Shown here: positions 1 to 10,816 of the stretch, in pieces | Position numbering within the stretch: position 1 is the first letter of the stretch | Layout: each line of letters begins with the position of its first letter | From: Alphaproteobacteria bacterium | GTDB lineage: Bacteria > Pseudomonadota > Alphaproteobacteria > JAAXGF01 | DNA length: 64,000 bases | Reading direction: 5' to 3' | Assembly: GCA_963555825.3 (NCBI GenBank) | Contig: CAUVXB020000001.1 | Coordinates: forward strand, 1,504,001 to 1,568,000 | Translations under genes and position numbers: made by a program | Notes under the pieces: generated by a model | Seen by the model: the letters and a program-made list of their open reading frames with translations, nothing else | Databases searched by the model: none | Told to the model about the DNA's origin: nothing

Positions 1-2
1 CC

Positions 3-1323
3 TTGGACGTGCGCAGCGAAGCGGACAGCTATTTCTGTGAGAAAACCCTGCGCAACTATCGCCGTCTGTTTATCGAACAAGGTCTCGATGAATTGCTGTT
101 CCGGTGTTTGACGGATCGGCTGGTGCAGGGGTTCTCTGTCGATACCAGCCACCAACGCATGGATTCGACGGCCCTTCGTTCGGCAATGCGGGCGCTGACA
201 CGACTTGGTATCGTTGTTGAGAGCATCTCGAAGTTTGCCCGTGAGCTTGAGCGATATCATCCCGGTCTGCACGAGCAGATCAGCAAGGAGGTGATCCGCC
301 GCTATGTCGATCGCGAGGGTAATGGCGCGTTCGCGAATACGGCGCCGAGTGTTTCAAAACGGCGCCTCGGCGAAGCGGGTCAGTATCTCCTAGCCCTGGT
401 GCTGCAATTCCGTGACACGGCGGCGGCAAAGCTTTTCAGTTTTGCGATCCTGGAGAGGGTTCTGCGCGATCAGTTCGAGATCGTTGATGATGAGTATGGC
501 GATCGTGACGCAACGCGCGCCGCGATTCGAGATCCAAAGGATGTGCCGTGCGATACCGTCGGCAATCCGGCCGACCCGGACGCGAGCTACAACGCGCACA
601 AGGGTCAAGGATACATGGCGCAGATCGTCGAAACCTATTGTGAAGATGTCAGTAACGAGGCGGTTGCCGCGACACCGGACCTCATCACCCACGTGGAGGT
701 CCACAAGATGACGGTGCATGACGGCCATCGCTTAGCCGATGCGCTGGATGATCTGAGCGAGCGCGCGCTGACGCCGGCGGTGATGCTGGGTGATTCACAT
801 TACGGTTCCAGTGACAACATGGCTCTGACGCGCGAACAGAACATCAATCTCGTGGCGCCCGCACGACCGCCGAAAGGCGCCGTCTCGGGACGGTTGACGT
901 TGGAGGATTTCACTCTCAACGAAGAAGGCTTGGTCTTGCGCTGTCCCAATAACGTCGAACCGGTTTCAGCCTCGCTCGCCAAAGCCAAGCTGCAGGCCCG
1001 TTTCGACCTCTCCATCTGCCAAAAATGTCCCGATAGGCTTACTGCGATGTCCCGTGCAGGCGGCCAAGCGTGACGGCCAATTTTCCCGCTTTCAATATAC
1101 CCCGGCCAGGGCTGCCAACCAAAAGCGCCGGCTTTATGAACAAAGCGATGCCTTCCGCGACGTCTACAGATGGCGGGCCGGCATAGAAGCGACCATGTCG
1201 CGATTAAAGTACCAGATGAACCTGGCTCACCTACGCATTCGCGGCATGCCGGCCATGCGCTACGTGGTCAATCTGCGTGCCCTCGGCCTCAATATCCGAC
1301 GCTGCGCGGCAATCGCACCATAA
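3..1323 (+). pseudogene. IS1182/IS5-like DDE transposase, 5' end outside window, frameshifted near 1040
   Basis: ORF 3..1073 (QRMDST, DPDASY, GDSHYGS, C-terminal CP/CxxC) continues in another frame as 1054..1323 (YRWRAGIEATMSRLK). Probable right end TTTTTACCGCCCCGTCAA near 1449-1466. Confidence 0.75.
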
Positions 1324-1481
1324 AAAACGAAGCCAAGGAGAAGCCAAGGGTAGGTAATATCAGGTTTTATCCACCAGCAACGCGGAGACAGGCAAATATT
1401 CTTCACCGAACCGCAAAGACCTGTACAAGCACGCCATCGGCCAACAACTTTTTACCGCCCCGTCAAGATTCAGCTATAGCT

Positions 1482-2150
1482 CCCGAAGAACGCAACCGCC
1501 GCGTTGTGGCCATCGCAGAACGCCTCGGTCGTCTCCGCCGGGTAGGCCTTCACGAAGCAGGCATCACTGTGGGGAAGATCGAAGGCAAGGAAGTGGACCT
1601 TGCGCGCCACGCCGCCGATCACCGCCATCGCCTCGCCGAAGTCCGCCTGGGCGTGGCCGGGGGAATGGACGAGCGGCACGAACATCTCGCGCGACCGAAG
1701 CCGCCGCTCACGGACATAGTCCTTCACGATGGTGTAGCCGCCGGTGAACCCGTACTCGTCCCGGAGACGGTCGAAGATCCGCTTCGCCGTGTGCCGTTGC
1801 TTGTGGTGGCTGGTCCGATCGTCTTCCAGAATCCGATCGATGATCCCCGTGAACGGACCCAGCTTCGGCCGCCGTGGCGGCTTGCCGCGGCGATACCCCG
1901 GCGGCACCGAGAACGACAGCATCTTGCGTACCGTCTTGCGGTCCAGCCCGAACACCCGCGAGGCCTCGCGGGTGCTCATTCCCTCGACACGACACGCCCG
2001 CCGGACCCGCGCGTACATCTCCACCCGATACATCCCCCCGCCTTCCAGTCAGAGCAACCCTGACAGAAGGCTATACGCGGTCCCATTTTGGTCCGCCACA
2101 GCCGGATCAACCGGCCGCTTCAGTGGGGGATTATTGCGCCGCCGTTCTCA
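1482..2150 (-). mobile_element. istA: IS21-family element, truncated (left end plus 5' third of istA); diverged variant of the other two copies
   Basis: Left end TGAGAACGGCGGCGCAATAATCCCCCACTG at 2150. ORF 1470..2033 is nearly identical to the IstA N-terminus at 24448 (VEMY vs VELY), and homology stops at about 1482. Confidence 0.9.
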
Positions 2151-2445
2151 GCCCGATGTTGGTGTTCCTGTGATGCAGCGAGTGGGCCAGATCGTAGAGC
2201 GGCTGCCAATGCAGCAGGCGGTGAATGAAATAGAAGTGCACCGAGTTCGAGAACGGGATCGCGACGAACAGGGCCACGAACCAGACCGGATTGGTGTCCC
2301 AGCTTAGCAAGGGCAGCACGTCGTTGGCATAGGCCCACATGAAGAAGACCTCGTAGGCCGTCCACAGCGTGACGCCGCTCGCACAGCTCCAGAACATGTT
2401 GTCCCAGACCTGGGTGCGCGCGAAGAACCTGGGGTCGTTCCGGCT

Positions 2446-4099
2446 GGGTGCGAGTCTCGCATGGCAGTGATGTCTGCGGCTTGGTTCGTTGAGTTCAGGC
2501 AGCGATTGCCATGGCTGCTGCACGTGGACTGATGTTGTCGTTGGCCGGTGTGTCGGTTGCGCTGATCAGGGCCTTCCATGCCCGCTCGAAGCGGCCGGAT
2601 TTGATCAGGGCGCGGAAGGTCAGAACAGCCTGTCCGCCGACGATCCGCCAGCGCATGCCGGAGCGCTTCATGCGCTGTGTCACCAGGGTCTTGTTGGCAG
2701 CTTCGACCACGCCTGAGCCGATGGCGATGCCCTCTTCCTTCAGGGCGTGGTAGCGCATGCGATGGCGATGCTTGCGGAAGAAGGCGAGTTCCCGCTCGGT
2801 CTCGGCCCGGTCCGGCGCAGCGGCGGCATCGCGAAGGTGGCGCAGCGCCCGGATCACCTTGGCGACGCCACGGGGATCGTGACGGAGGATCTCGCGGTAC
2901 TTCTCGAACCAGCCGGGCGCCACGGCATGGTCGGACGCGGTTTGCAGATGTTCGCAAGCATGCCAGAAGTCGATCACCTCGGTTTCGGGCGACAGGGTCT
3001 CCAGGAAGGTCCAGTTGTCGGCGGCGCCATCGGCGATAGCGACGATCCCGATCTCGGGGCGTGCTCGCCTGATGTGTGCGACTTCGCTTGCAAGCTGCGC
3101 CTTCAGCGTGAGCTTGCCGCTCTCCGGCATGCGGCCGAGATAGAGGGTCTTCAGGCGCTTGCCCTCGGCGTCGTGGAAGGAGACCGTGCCGCAGGCAGCC
3201 TCGCGCCAGGAGGCCTTGGCGCGACCGTCCTCGCCGGGTCTCAGCGGCACCATGACGCCGTCGAGGGAGACCGAGGCGGTGGTCGCGTCCTGCGGTATGC
3301 CCTCGGCCTCACGGATGCTGCCCAGCGTCTCCGGGCCGAGGCTCTCCCAGCATTCGTGCATGCTCAGGGTCAGGCGCTGCAGGGTGCTCACCGACGGCGT
3401 CATGGCGCCGGTCTTCGCAAAGAACGCCGCCGCTTCCCGGGCCGTGCAGTGACCCATCATCAGCAGACCGAGCTCGGCCGCCGGCCGCGTCAGGTAATCG
3501 TCGACGAGGCCCAGGCTCTCGTCGACCGGCACCGGCGATGCCCCGCTCGCGCCGCTGCGGTAACGCGCTCGCCGGTAGGTCACCGGACCGAGCGAGGTCA
3601 TGATCGTCTTCGGCGTCACCGCGACCCGGAACCAGCTCTGCCCGTCCCGCTCGATCCGGGAAGCGCCATCGTCCCGGTTCTCGATGACGGCGCCCATGAC
3701 ATCGCGAGCGAACTCGTTCGTGGCCTCACGCACCCGCAACTCGACCTCCTCGGGCGCCTCGGGGCGCGGCTCGGAACGAAGCTCCTCGCGACACAGTGCG
3801 AGCACCCGGGCGGCCGCCTCGACGACCCGAGGAGGCAGGCCGGAAAGATCGATGGACGAAGGCGCCGGAGGCGGGGATACTGCCATGGGAATGCTCCCGA
3901 TGTTGGGTTTCGAGACACGGCATCGTACCGCTTCTGGCGGTGCGGAGCGTTCCCACCTTCCCCTGCTCGACCCTGCCGTCGTAACAAAATCCTGCCTTGG
4001 AGCGGCCCATTGTCACGAATAGCCGATTTCGGCCGTTCGTCTCGACACAAAAAACGCACTAAATCAATGACTTAGATTTTCCATACCAGACCCACACCC
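2446..4099 (-). mobile_element. ISKra4-family insertion sequence, complete
   Basis: TIRs GGGTGCGAGTCT / GGGTGTGGGTCT; 8-bp target duplication TTCCGGCT at 2438-2445 and 4100-4107. Confidence 0.9.
2495..3886 (-). CDS. ISKra4-family transposase
   Basis: 463 aa; SLDG, IADGAADNW, IDFWHACEHL, IGSGVVEAANK and RMKRSGMRW motifs. Confidence 0.88.
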   Translation of the reverse strand: MAVSPPPAPSSIDLSGLPPRVVEAAARVLALCREELRSEPRPEAPEEVELRVREATNEFARDVMGAVIENRDDGASRIERDGQSWFRVAVTPKTIMTSLGPVTYRRARYRSGASGASPVPVDESLGLVDDYLTRPAAELGLLMMGHCTAREAAAFFAKTGAMTPSVSTLQRLTLSMHECWESLGPETLGSIREAEGIPQDATTASVSLDGVMVPLRPGEDGRAKASWREAACGTVSFHDAEGKRLKTLYLGRMPESGKLTLKAQLASEVAHIRRARPEIGIVAIADGAADNWTFLETLSPETEVIDFWHACEHLQTASDHAVAPGWFEKYREILRHDPRGVAKVIRALRHLRDAAAAPDRAETERELAFFRKHRHRMRYHALKEEGIAIGSGVVEAANKTLVTQRMKRSGMRWRIVGGQAVLTFRALIKSGRFERAWKALISATDTPANDNISPRAAAMAIAA

Positions 4100-4571
4100 T
4101 TCCGGCTCTGCTCGCGCGGATCGAACTTGTGCCGCTCGCCCTGTCTCTTGAACGTGTAGAAAAACAGATGCAGGCCGCCGGCCACCAGCATTATCAGGCC
4201 CAGATTGCGCGCGAACATCTGCAGGATCCAACCCGCCTCGAGCGTCACGCAGCGCTCCAGCGCGGGTTGCAGCCAGAACCAGACGATGGCGGCCGTTACC
4301 ACATAGGTAAGCTGCACCGACCATAGGTAGCGGATGGACGTGAGCCATCTGAGCGCCGAAACTGGTTTCAGCGGGAAAACGAAGACCGGGACACCCTGCA
4401 AAGGCAATGGCGGGTGCCAGGCCCAGGGGCTCTTCTTAGCAGTGGCCGCGTGATCTCGGAGGCTCGCTTCGGATATCGTGCCAGACATCGTCGCCCTCAT
4501 CCCATGCCGCCGCTTCGGAAATTGACACCCGCGACGGCCATACCGTCAAGTGCAATACGCAGGCTGCGGCA

Positions 4572-5183
4572 TCAATCCGGGTCGGCGTCGTAGACGCTGA
4601 GCCGCATCGGCGTCGACGTGCCGCCCAGGATGCGGTCCGACGAGCACGCGGTCACGACGACGGTGCAGTCGAGATCGACGCTGAGCGTCACGAAGTCGCC
4701 GGGTTGGCTCATGGTCAGGCCGATGAAGAAACTGCCGTCGGCGGCCGGCGGCGTGTTCTGGAAGATGTTGACGGGATCGAGCTGGACGACGTGTTCGATG
4801 CCGGCGGCGCGCACCGCCGCGAAATAGTTGTCGCGGCAGTTCGGATGGTCGGGCATGCCCCTGCCGGCGAACCAGACGTGGTTGCACGACGCGAACAGCA
4901 TGTCGTGGAAGCCGGGCGATTGGTCCTTGGTGAAGGTCAGGATCGGGCGGTCGCGGGTGGTGAAGAACGACTGGCCGACGCGGGGGAACAGGTTGCGGTT
5001 GTGAAGCCGCGTGACCGACGGCGAGAGAAACTCGTCGTGGTCGGCGGCGGCAACCGCGAACAGATCGCCGATCTGCATGCCCTCGAGGTCGGTGAGCCGG
5101 ACGAACTGCCCGGCCTTGGCCGTGATAAATCCGCCCGAATAACCCGCGATGTCGACCGACGTAAACGGTTCACGATCCGTCAT
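4572..5183 (-). CDS. DUF1989 / urea carboxylase-associated family protein
   Basis: DLEGMQIGD, HDMLFASC, HPNCRDN, PVNIFQN, SQPGD and TACS motifs. Confidence 0.85.
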   Translation of the reverse strand: MTDREPFTSVDIAGYSGGFITAKAGQFVRLTDLEGMQIGDLFAVAAADHDEFLSPSVTRLHNRNLFPRVGQSFFTTRDRPILTFTKDQSPGFHDMLFASCNHVWFAGRGMPDHPNCRDNYFAAVRAAGIEHVVQLDPVNIFQNTPPAADGSFFIGLTMSQPGDFVTLSVDLDCTVVVTACSSDRILGGTSTPMRLSVYDADPD

Positions 5184-5260
5184 TGACGCTTCCTATCCCC
5201 GCCGACGTTGTCCTAGGCGCCATGTTAAACCCGCTATCATCCGTGGCAAGTCAGACCGGC

Positions 5261-6091
5261 TCAGTCGGCGTCCCACACTGGCGAGAACTCGAAATCGCAG
5301 ATCCGAAGGTGGCGCGGCCGCAGGGCGTCGATCGCCGCCATCTCGGCCGCGTCGAGTTCGAAATCGAAGACGTCGAGGTTTTCGCCGATGCGCGCGGCCT
5401 TGCTCGAACGGGGAATCGCGACGACGCCGTCCTGTTGGACCTGCCAGCGCAGGGTGACTTGGGCCGGCGTCTTGCCGTGGGCGCCGGCGGCCCGGGTGAT
5501 CGGCGCCTCGGTGAACAAGTCGGAGCCGCGCGCGAGCGGACAATAGGAGACCACGGCGAGGCCGTGCTTGCGGCATGCCGCAAGCACGCGGTCCTGGTTC
5601 AGCAAGGGATGGTATTCGATCTGGTTGCAAGCCAGCGGATGGTCGGACAGGGCGACCGCCTCCTCGACCAGGGCGACGGTGAAGTTCGACACGCCGATGT
5701 TGCGCGCCAGGCCGCGCTCGCGCACCTCGTTCAGCGCCTTCATCGATTGGCCGAGCGGCACCGTCTTCGAGGGCCAGTGGATGAGGGCGAGGTCGACGTT
5801 ATCGACCGCGAGCCGTCGCAGGCTCGCCTCGAGGGAGCGTTGCAAATCGTCGCCGGCGATATCGGTCGGCCAGACCTTGGTCGTCAGGAAGACCCGATCG
5901 CGCGGCACATCGGCGGCGCGCAGCCCCTCGCCGACGGCCGCTTCGTTTTCGTAGGACGAAGCGGTATCGACGTGCCGGTAGCCCGCCCGGAGCGCCGCCG
6001 CGACGCAGCGCGTTGCCGCCTCGCCGCGCAGCGTCCAGGTGCCCAGCCCGAGCGCCGGAATGTTCGCGCCGTTGGCGGATACATGATGCAT
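5261..6091 (-). CDS. Aldo/keto reductase
   Basis: LGLGTW, GYRHVDTA-x-Y, TTKVW, LIHWP, IGVSNF, NQIEYHP motifs; start chosen at MHHVSAN with GGAG upstream. Confidence 0.93.
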   Translation of the reverse strand: MHHVSANGANIPALGLGTWTLRGEAATRCVAAALRAGYRHVDTASSYENEAAVGEGLRAADVPRDRVFLTTKVWPTDIAGDDLQRSLEASLRRLAVDNVDLALIHWPSKTVPLGQSMKALNEVRERGLARNIGVSNFTVALVEEAVALSDHPLACNQIEYHPLLNQDRVLAACRKHGLAVVSYCPLARGSDLFTEAPITRAAGAHGKTPAQVTLRWQVQQDGVVAIPRSSKAARIGENLDVFDFELDAAEMAAIDALRPRHLRICDFEFSPVWDAD

Positions 6092-6211
6092 GCTCCCGTC
6101 GCCCCTTCTCCGACCGTCCACGATCGACGAGACTAGCGAAGCCCTCGGCAGAGCGCCAGAGTCGGACTTTGCGATTGACCGCCATCGCCTTGTTACTCAG
6201 GATCATCGCCC

Positions 6212-7327
6212 ATGGCCGACTATGTCATCATTGGTGGCGGCGTCAACGGAACGGCAGTGGCGTGGACGCTGGCGAAAACCGGCGCCGCGGTCACACTGCT
6301 CGAAGCGCGGCGCGTCGCAGGCGCGGCTTCGGGCGGCCCGGCCCGGCGTGGCGTCCGGGCCAACGGGCGCGATGCGCGCGAGCTGCCGCTGATGCGCGAC
6401 GCCTACGACCTCTGGCCGGGCCTGCACGAACAACTCGATGCGCCGCAGTTCTACGAGCGGACCGGGCACCTGATGCTCATCGAGCGCGACCAGGACCTTG
6501 CCGAGGCGGAGGCCAGGGTCTGGCTGCAGAACCGCCACGGCATCGAGACCCGACTGCTCGACGCCGGCGCGCTGCGCGCGATGGAACCGCGGGTCAGCGA
6601 TGCGGTGAAGGCGGCGGTCCATTGCCCGGACGACGGCGTCGCCGACCACGGCGCCACGACCAAGGCCTTCGCCGCGGCCGCCGTCGCGCGCGGTGCCGAG
6701 ATCGTCGAAGGCGTCGTGGCGCGCCGTCTCGTCGTCGAGACCGACCGGGTGACCGGCGTCGAAACCGCCGCCGGAGACTGCGTGCCCGTCGAACGCGGCG
6801 TCTTCATTCTTGCCAATAGCGGCGTCCGCGAATTCGTCGCGCCCCAGGTGACCCTGCCGGTCTGGAACCTCGTCCTCCAGGTTCTGATCACCGAGCCAGT
6901 GGAAACGCCGCCGATGCGCCACCTGATCGGCCATGCCCATCGCACCGTCTCGCTCAAGGCCGAGGCCAGCAACCGGGTCATGATCTCGGGCGGCTGGCCC
7001 GGGCAATGGAATTCGGCAACCGACGAAGGGACGCCGTTGCAGGCCTCGATCGACGGCAACCTGGCCGAAGCGGTGGCGGTCTATCCCGACCTCGAAGGCG
7101 TGGCTATCGAGACCGCCGACGCCAGCCATCTGGAATCGGCAAGCATCGATGGAATTCCGATCATCGACATGCTGCCGGGCCTGGCGAACGCCTATTACGC
7201 GACCGGCTGGACCGGCCATGGCTGGGCGATCGCGCCGGTCGTCGCCCGGTTGCTCGCCCAATGGGCGGTCATCGGCCGCCGGCCCGAGCTACTCGCGCCG
7301 TTCGCCTACAGCCGGTTCGATAATTAG
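6212..7327 (+). CDS. FAD-dependent oxidoreductase (DAO/sarcosine oxidase beta-like)
   Basis: N-terminal IIGGGVNG, GASG, C-terminal ATGWTGHGWAIAP. Confidence 0.88.
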   Translation: MADYVIIGGGVNGTAVAWTLAKTGAAVTLLEARRVAGAASGGPARRGVRANGRDARELPLMRDAYDLWPGLHEQLDAPQFYERTGHLMLIERDQDLAEAEARVWLQNRHGIETRLLDAGALRAMEPRVSDAVKAAVHCPDDGVADHGATTKAFAAAAVARGAEIVEGVVARRLVVETDRVTGVETAAGDCVPVERGVFILANSGVREFVAPQVTLPVWNLVLQVLITEPVETPPMRHLIGHAHRTVSLKAEASNRVMISGGWPGQWNSATDEGTPLQASIDGNLAEAVAVYPDLEGVAIETADASHLESASIDGIPIIDMLPGLANAYYATGWTGHGWAIAPVVARLLAQWAVIGRRPELLAPFAYSRFDN

Positions 7328-7450
7328 GGTCGGCGATATCGGATTTTCCAGCCCGCGACGGCGGGCCGCCGACCGTTCGGCCAGTCCATGTGGGATCAAG
7401 AGTGGCTTGCGCGGCGATCGAGCGCAGGTCAGCAAAGCTGACCGCACAAA
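7325..7450 (+). repeat. Structured intergenic repeat family B, copy 1
   Basis: Shares CAGCCCGCG, GGCCGCCGACCGTTCGGC, GCGCGGCGATYGAGCGC and the GGTCA..GACCG.ACAA hairpin with 48467-48636 and 52603-52742. Confidence 0.8.
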
Positions 7451-7462
7451 TAACTAACACCG

Positions 7463-7705
7463 TTAATCGCCGAGCTCGATCGCGTAGTCCTCGACCACCG
7501 TGTTGGCGAGCAGGCGGTTGCACATCGCCTCGACTGCCGCTTGCGCCTTGTCGCGGTCGGTCTCTTCGAGTTCGATCTCGATGTACTTGCCCTGGCGGAC
7601 TTCATCGACACCCGAGAATCCGAGCCGCCCGAGCGCCTGGGCGATCGCCTTGCCCTGCGGATCGAGGACGCCGGTGCGCGGCGTGATGTGGACGCGCGCC
7701 TTCAC
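7463..7705 (-). CDS. purS: Phosphoribosylformylglycinamidine synthase subunit PurS
   Basis: [29 protein letters not shown]; the GTG start overlaps the purC stop (GTGA). Confidence 0.95.
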   Translation of the reverse strand: MKARVHITPRTGVLDPQGKAIAQALGRLGFSGVDEVRQGKYIEIELEETDRDKAQAAVEAMCNRLLANTVVEDYAIELGD

Positions 7706-8472
7706 TGCATCACCCTGGGGCCTTTGTAGTCGCCGGGCCGGCCGCTCTCGGGCAGGATGCCGAAGCGCCGCGCGACTTCCTGGTAGGCCTCCTCGACGTT
7801 GCCCATGTCGCGCCGGAAGCGGTCCTTGTCCATGCGCTCGCCGGTCGACATGTCCCACAGCCGGCAATTGTCGGGGCTGATTTCGTCGGCGATGACGATC
7901 TGCAACTCGTCGTCGTTGGTGTAGAGGCGGCCGAACTGCAGCTTGAAGTCGATCAGGCGGATACCGATGCCGAAGAACAGGCCGCTCAAGAAGTCGTTCA
8001 CGCGGAGCGCCAGCGACATCATGTCGTCGAGGTCGTGGGTACTGGCCCAGCCGAAGGCAGTGATGTGCTCTTCCGAGACCATCGGATTGGACAGCTCGTC
8101 CGAGTTGTAGCGGTACTCGACGATCGAGCGCGGCAGCGGCGTCCCCTCGGCGATGCCCAGTCGGGTCGAGATCGAGCCAGCCGCGACATTGCGCACGACG
8201 ATCTCGATCGGAATGATCTCGACCGCCTTGATCAATTGCTCGCGCATGTTGAGGCGGCGCACGAAGTGCGTCGGCACCCCGATGTCGTTGAGCCGGCTCA
8301 TGATGTGTTCGGAGATGCGGTTGTTCAACACACCCTTGCCGGTGATGATGCCGTGCTTAGTGTTGTTGAATGCCGTCGCATCGTCCTTGAAGTACTGCAC
8401 GAGCGTGCCCGGCTCGGGACCCTCGAACAGCGTCTTGACATGGCCTTCGTAAACCTTTTTTCGGCGAACCAT
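7702..8472 (-). CDS. purC: SAICAR synthase
   Basis: [60 protein letters not shown]. Confidence 0.96.
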   Translation of the reverse strand: MVRRKKVYEGHVKTLFEGPEPGTLVQYFKDDATAFNNTKHGIITGKGVLNNRISEHIMSRLNDIGVPTHFVRRLNMREQLIKAVEIIPIEIVVRNVAAGSISTRLGIAEGTPLPRSIVEYRYNSDELSNPMVSEEHITAFGWASTHDLDDMMSLALRVNDFLSGLFFGIGIRLIDFKLQFGRLYTNDDELQIVIADEISPDNCRLWDMSTGERMDKDRFRRDMGNVEEAYQEVARRFGILPESGRPGDYKGPRVMQ

Positions 8473-8591
8473 GGGTCCACTTTCACGATTGGAGGCCCGG
8501 CGCAGCGGCTAGGCAAGGACCATGCGAAAGCCGGCTGAACGCCGACCGCACAGGGCAAGAACATAGTCTATATGCGATGCACAAACAATTA

Positions 8592-9621
8592 CCTGATTAC
8601 GCACTTTACTCAGCCGGATTGATGTGGTACAAATCATGAACATTTGGTCGTTTTTCTGGAGGTTCACAATGCCACGCAACAAGGTTCAGTTCCAGAAGGG
8701 GCTCAGCGAGCCGCGTTTTCGTGAGTTGTACGGTACCGAGGAGCAGTGTCGCGAGGCCCTGTTCCGCTGGCGCTGGCCGGAGGGGTTCGCCTGCCCCCGA
8801 TGTGGCGCCACGCGCCATTGCGAGATCGCCGGGCGAAAACTCTACCAATGCGCCGCCTGCCGTCATCAAGTCTCGCTGACCGCCGGCACGCTCTTCCACG
8901 CGACCAAGCTGGCGCTGACCCTGTGGTTCTCGGCGATCTATCACATGACCCAATCGAAGAAAGGGATCTCCTCCCTCGAACTCGGCCGGCGGCTCGGCGT
9001 CACCCAGACCACGGCCTGGAAGATCAAGCAGAAACTGATGCAGTCCATGCTCGAGCGCGACGCCAAATTGCCGCTCACCGGGCGGGTGGAGATGGACGAT
9101 GCCTACCTCGGCGGCCGCCGTTCCGGGGCCAAGCGCGGCCGGGGCGCGCCGGGCAAGACGCCGTTCGTCGCCGCCGTCCAGACCACGGCGGAGGGCCAGC
9201 CCGTGCGCATCAAGCTGCGCCGCGTCAAGGGCTTCCGCAAGAGCGAGATCGCCAAGATGGCCAAGCGCGACCTGAGCCCTGGGGCGACCGTTTTCAGCGA
9301 CGGGCTCAACTGCTTCACCGCCGTCACCACGCGGGGCTGTGCGCATCATCCGATATCCACCGGCTCCGGACCCGGGGCCGTCGCCGTGCCCGCCTTCAAA
9401 TGGGTCAACACCACCCTCGGCAACCTCAAAAACACCCTGCGCGGTACCTACCATGCGATCCGACCCAAGCATGTGCCGCGCTACCTGGCGGCGTTCCAGT
9501 ACCGATACAACCGCCGCTACCGGCTCGCCGACATGATCGAAGCCCTCGGCCGCGATGCCCTGCGCACGCCGCCCATGCCATATCGGCTCCTGAAATTGGC
9601 TGAGGTTAGTGCGTAATCAGG
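8592..9621 (+). mobile_element. IS1595-family insertion sequence, complete
   Basis: 24-bp TIRs CCTGATTACGCACT..CTCAGCC; 8-bp target duplication AACAATTA at 8584-8591 and 9622-9629. Confidence 0.95.
8669..9616 (+). CDS. IS1595-family transposase
   Basis: Zn ribbon CPRC..CAAC, VEMDDAYLGG, RGRGAPGK, SDG, WVNTTLGNLK, GTYH. Confidence 0.94.
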   Translation: MPRNKVQFQKGLSEPRFRELYGTEEQCREALFRWRWPEGFACPRCGATRHCEIAGRKLYQCAACRHQVSLTAGTLFHATKLALTLWFSAIYHMTQSKKGISSLELGRRLGVTQTTAWKIKQKLMQSMLERDAKLPLTGRVEMDDAYLGGRRSGAKRGRGAPGKTPFVAAVQTTAEGQPVRIKLRRVKGFRKSEIAKMAKRDLSPGATVFSDGLNCFTAVTTRGCAHHPISTGSGPGAVAVPAFKWVNTTLGNLKNTLRGTYHAIRPKHVPRYLAAFQYRYNRRYRLADMIEALGRDALRTPPMPYRLLKLAEVSA

Positions 9622-9654
9622 AACAATTATGCAAGGGGCGCGGAACGGCGCGGC

Positions 9655-10398
9655 CTACAGCGCGACGTCGGTGAATGGCGACCTATCGGGCGGCCCGCCG
9701 GCAAAACGCCAGATCGCGCGATTGCGCTCGGCCGACAGCGCAATCAACGAACTCGACACCGTGCCGAAGCCGATATCCGATTCGATCGTCATCGCCGAAT
9801 CCGGGATATTCGCGTCGTCCGTCTCCCGGCAACCCAGCAACGCTTGCCACGCGCGCCAGTCGCCCGAGCCGGGATCGGGCGCCGCGACGGCGTGGAAACG
9901 CGGCAGATAGAGCCGGATTCGAGGGCTCGTCGCATCGTTGAGATCGCCGGCGGTAACGATCGAAACGCCATTGGGCACCGCGAATTGCTCGATTTCCGGC
10001 GTGCCGTCGGCGTTGCGCAACCAATATGCGAAATGGCGATCGGCGACAATCAGGTTGAAGGCCCGATAGGCGTCGCCGTCGACCATCGACAAAGCCTCGG
10101 CCGCCGAAGCGGCATCGTTGTGTGCCAGCGCGGCGAGCGGCAGTTCGCCCCGGCTCCGCTTGTCGGGGTCGGCGCCGAGCGAGCCGCGCCGGTTCGAAAC
10201 CGCCGCAACGACGCCCGCGTCGTTGACGCCGAGCCAGGTACCACCGGCGGTCTCGTCGCGACCCGCCGTCACGTCGGCTTGCGCCGGCCAATGGCGCGCC
10301 GGCGGCTGCCATGGCCGGTCGCGCATCTCGTCGCGGTTGGCGGCGAGGACGAGCGGCCAAGCATGGCCCGGCCGGCGCAAGAGAACGATAGTGCACAT
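9655..10398 (-). CDS. NRDE/TANGO2 family protein
   Basis: MCTIV start, AANRDE, GGTWLGVN, SRGEL, FGTVSSS. Confidence 0.92.
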   Translation of the reverse strand: MCTIVLLRRPGHAWPLVLAANRDEMRDRPWQPPARHWPAQADVTAGRDETAGGTWLGVNDAGVVAAVSNRRGSLGADPDKRSRGELPLAALAHNDAASAAEALSMVDGDAYRAFNLIVADRHFAYWLRNADGTPEIEQFAVPNGVSIVTAGDLNDATSPRIRLYLPRFHAVAAPDPGSGDWRAWQALLGCRETDDANIPDSAMTIESDIGFGTVSSSLIALSAERNRAIWRFAGGPPDRSPFTDVAL

Positions 10399-10481
10399 GG
10401 CGGCATCCGTACCTATATTAGGGGCGACGGACAAGCGCCGTCTGGCAGGGAACCACCATCAATGCGGGGGATAGCGCACCG

Positions 10482-10802
10482 ATGAAAGCCTTCGACAAGC
10501 GCAAGGACGAAGCCGAGACCCGGTACAAGCACAGCGAAGAACTGGAATTCAAGGCCGGTGCCCGGCGCAACAAGCTGCTCGGGCTGTGGGCGGCGGAGCA
10601 AATGGGCATCACGGGCGATAGCGCGGACGCCTACGCCAGGGAGGTGGTCATCGCCGACTTCGACCGCCCGGGCGACGACGACGTGCTGGAAAAGGTGCAC
10701 AAGGACCTGACCGACAAGGGCCTCGATATATCGGCGAAACGGGTCCGCAAGGAAATGGACCAGCTGATGGAAGTCGCGCGTGAGCAGGTGCGCAACGAAT
10801 AG
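10482..10802 (+). CDS. DUF1476 / F1Fo-ATPase inhibitor subunit zeta
   Basis: FDKR...E, ARRNKLLGLWAAE, ADFDRPGDDDV; characteristic alphaproteobacterial family. Confidence 0.92.
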   Translation: MKAFDKRKDEAETRYKHSEELEFKAGARRNKLLGLWAAEQMGITGDSADAYAREVVIADFDRPGDDDVLEKVHKDLTDKGLDISAKRVRKEMDQLMEVAREQVRNE

Positions 10803-10816
10803 GCGGCCGACGGTCT

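Larger units (their letters stand above)
2151..4488 (-). pseudogene. Sterol desaturase/fatty acid hydroxylase family gene, split by ISKra4 and 3'-truncated by IS21
   Basis: Removing the ISKra4 restores ...KFDPREQSR-NDPRFFARTQVWDNMFWS...; His boxes HFYFIHRLLH and HSLHH are present; the frame is cut at the IS21 end (2150). Confidence 0.88.
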
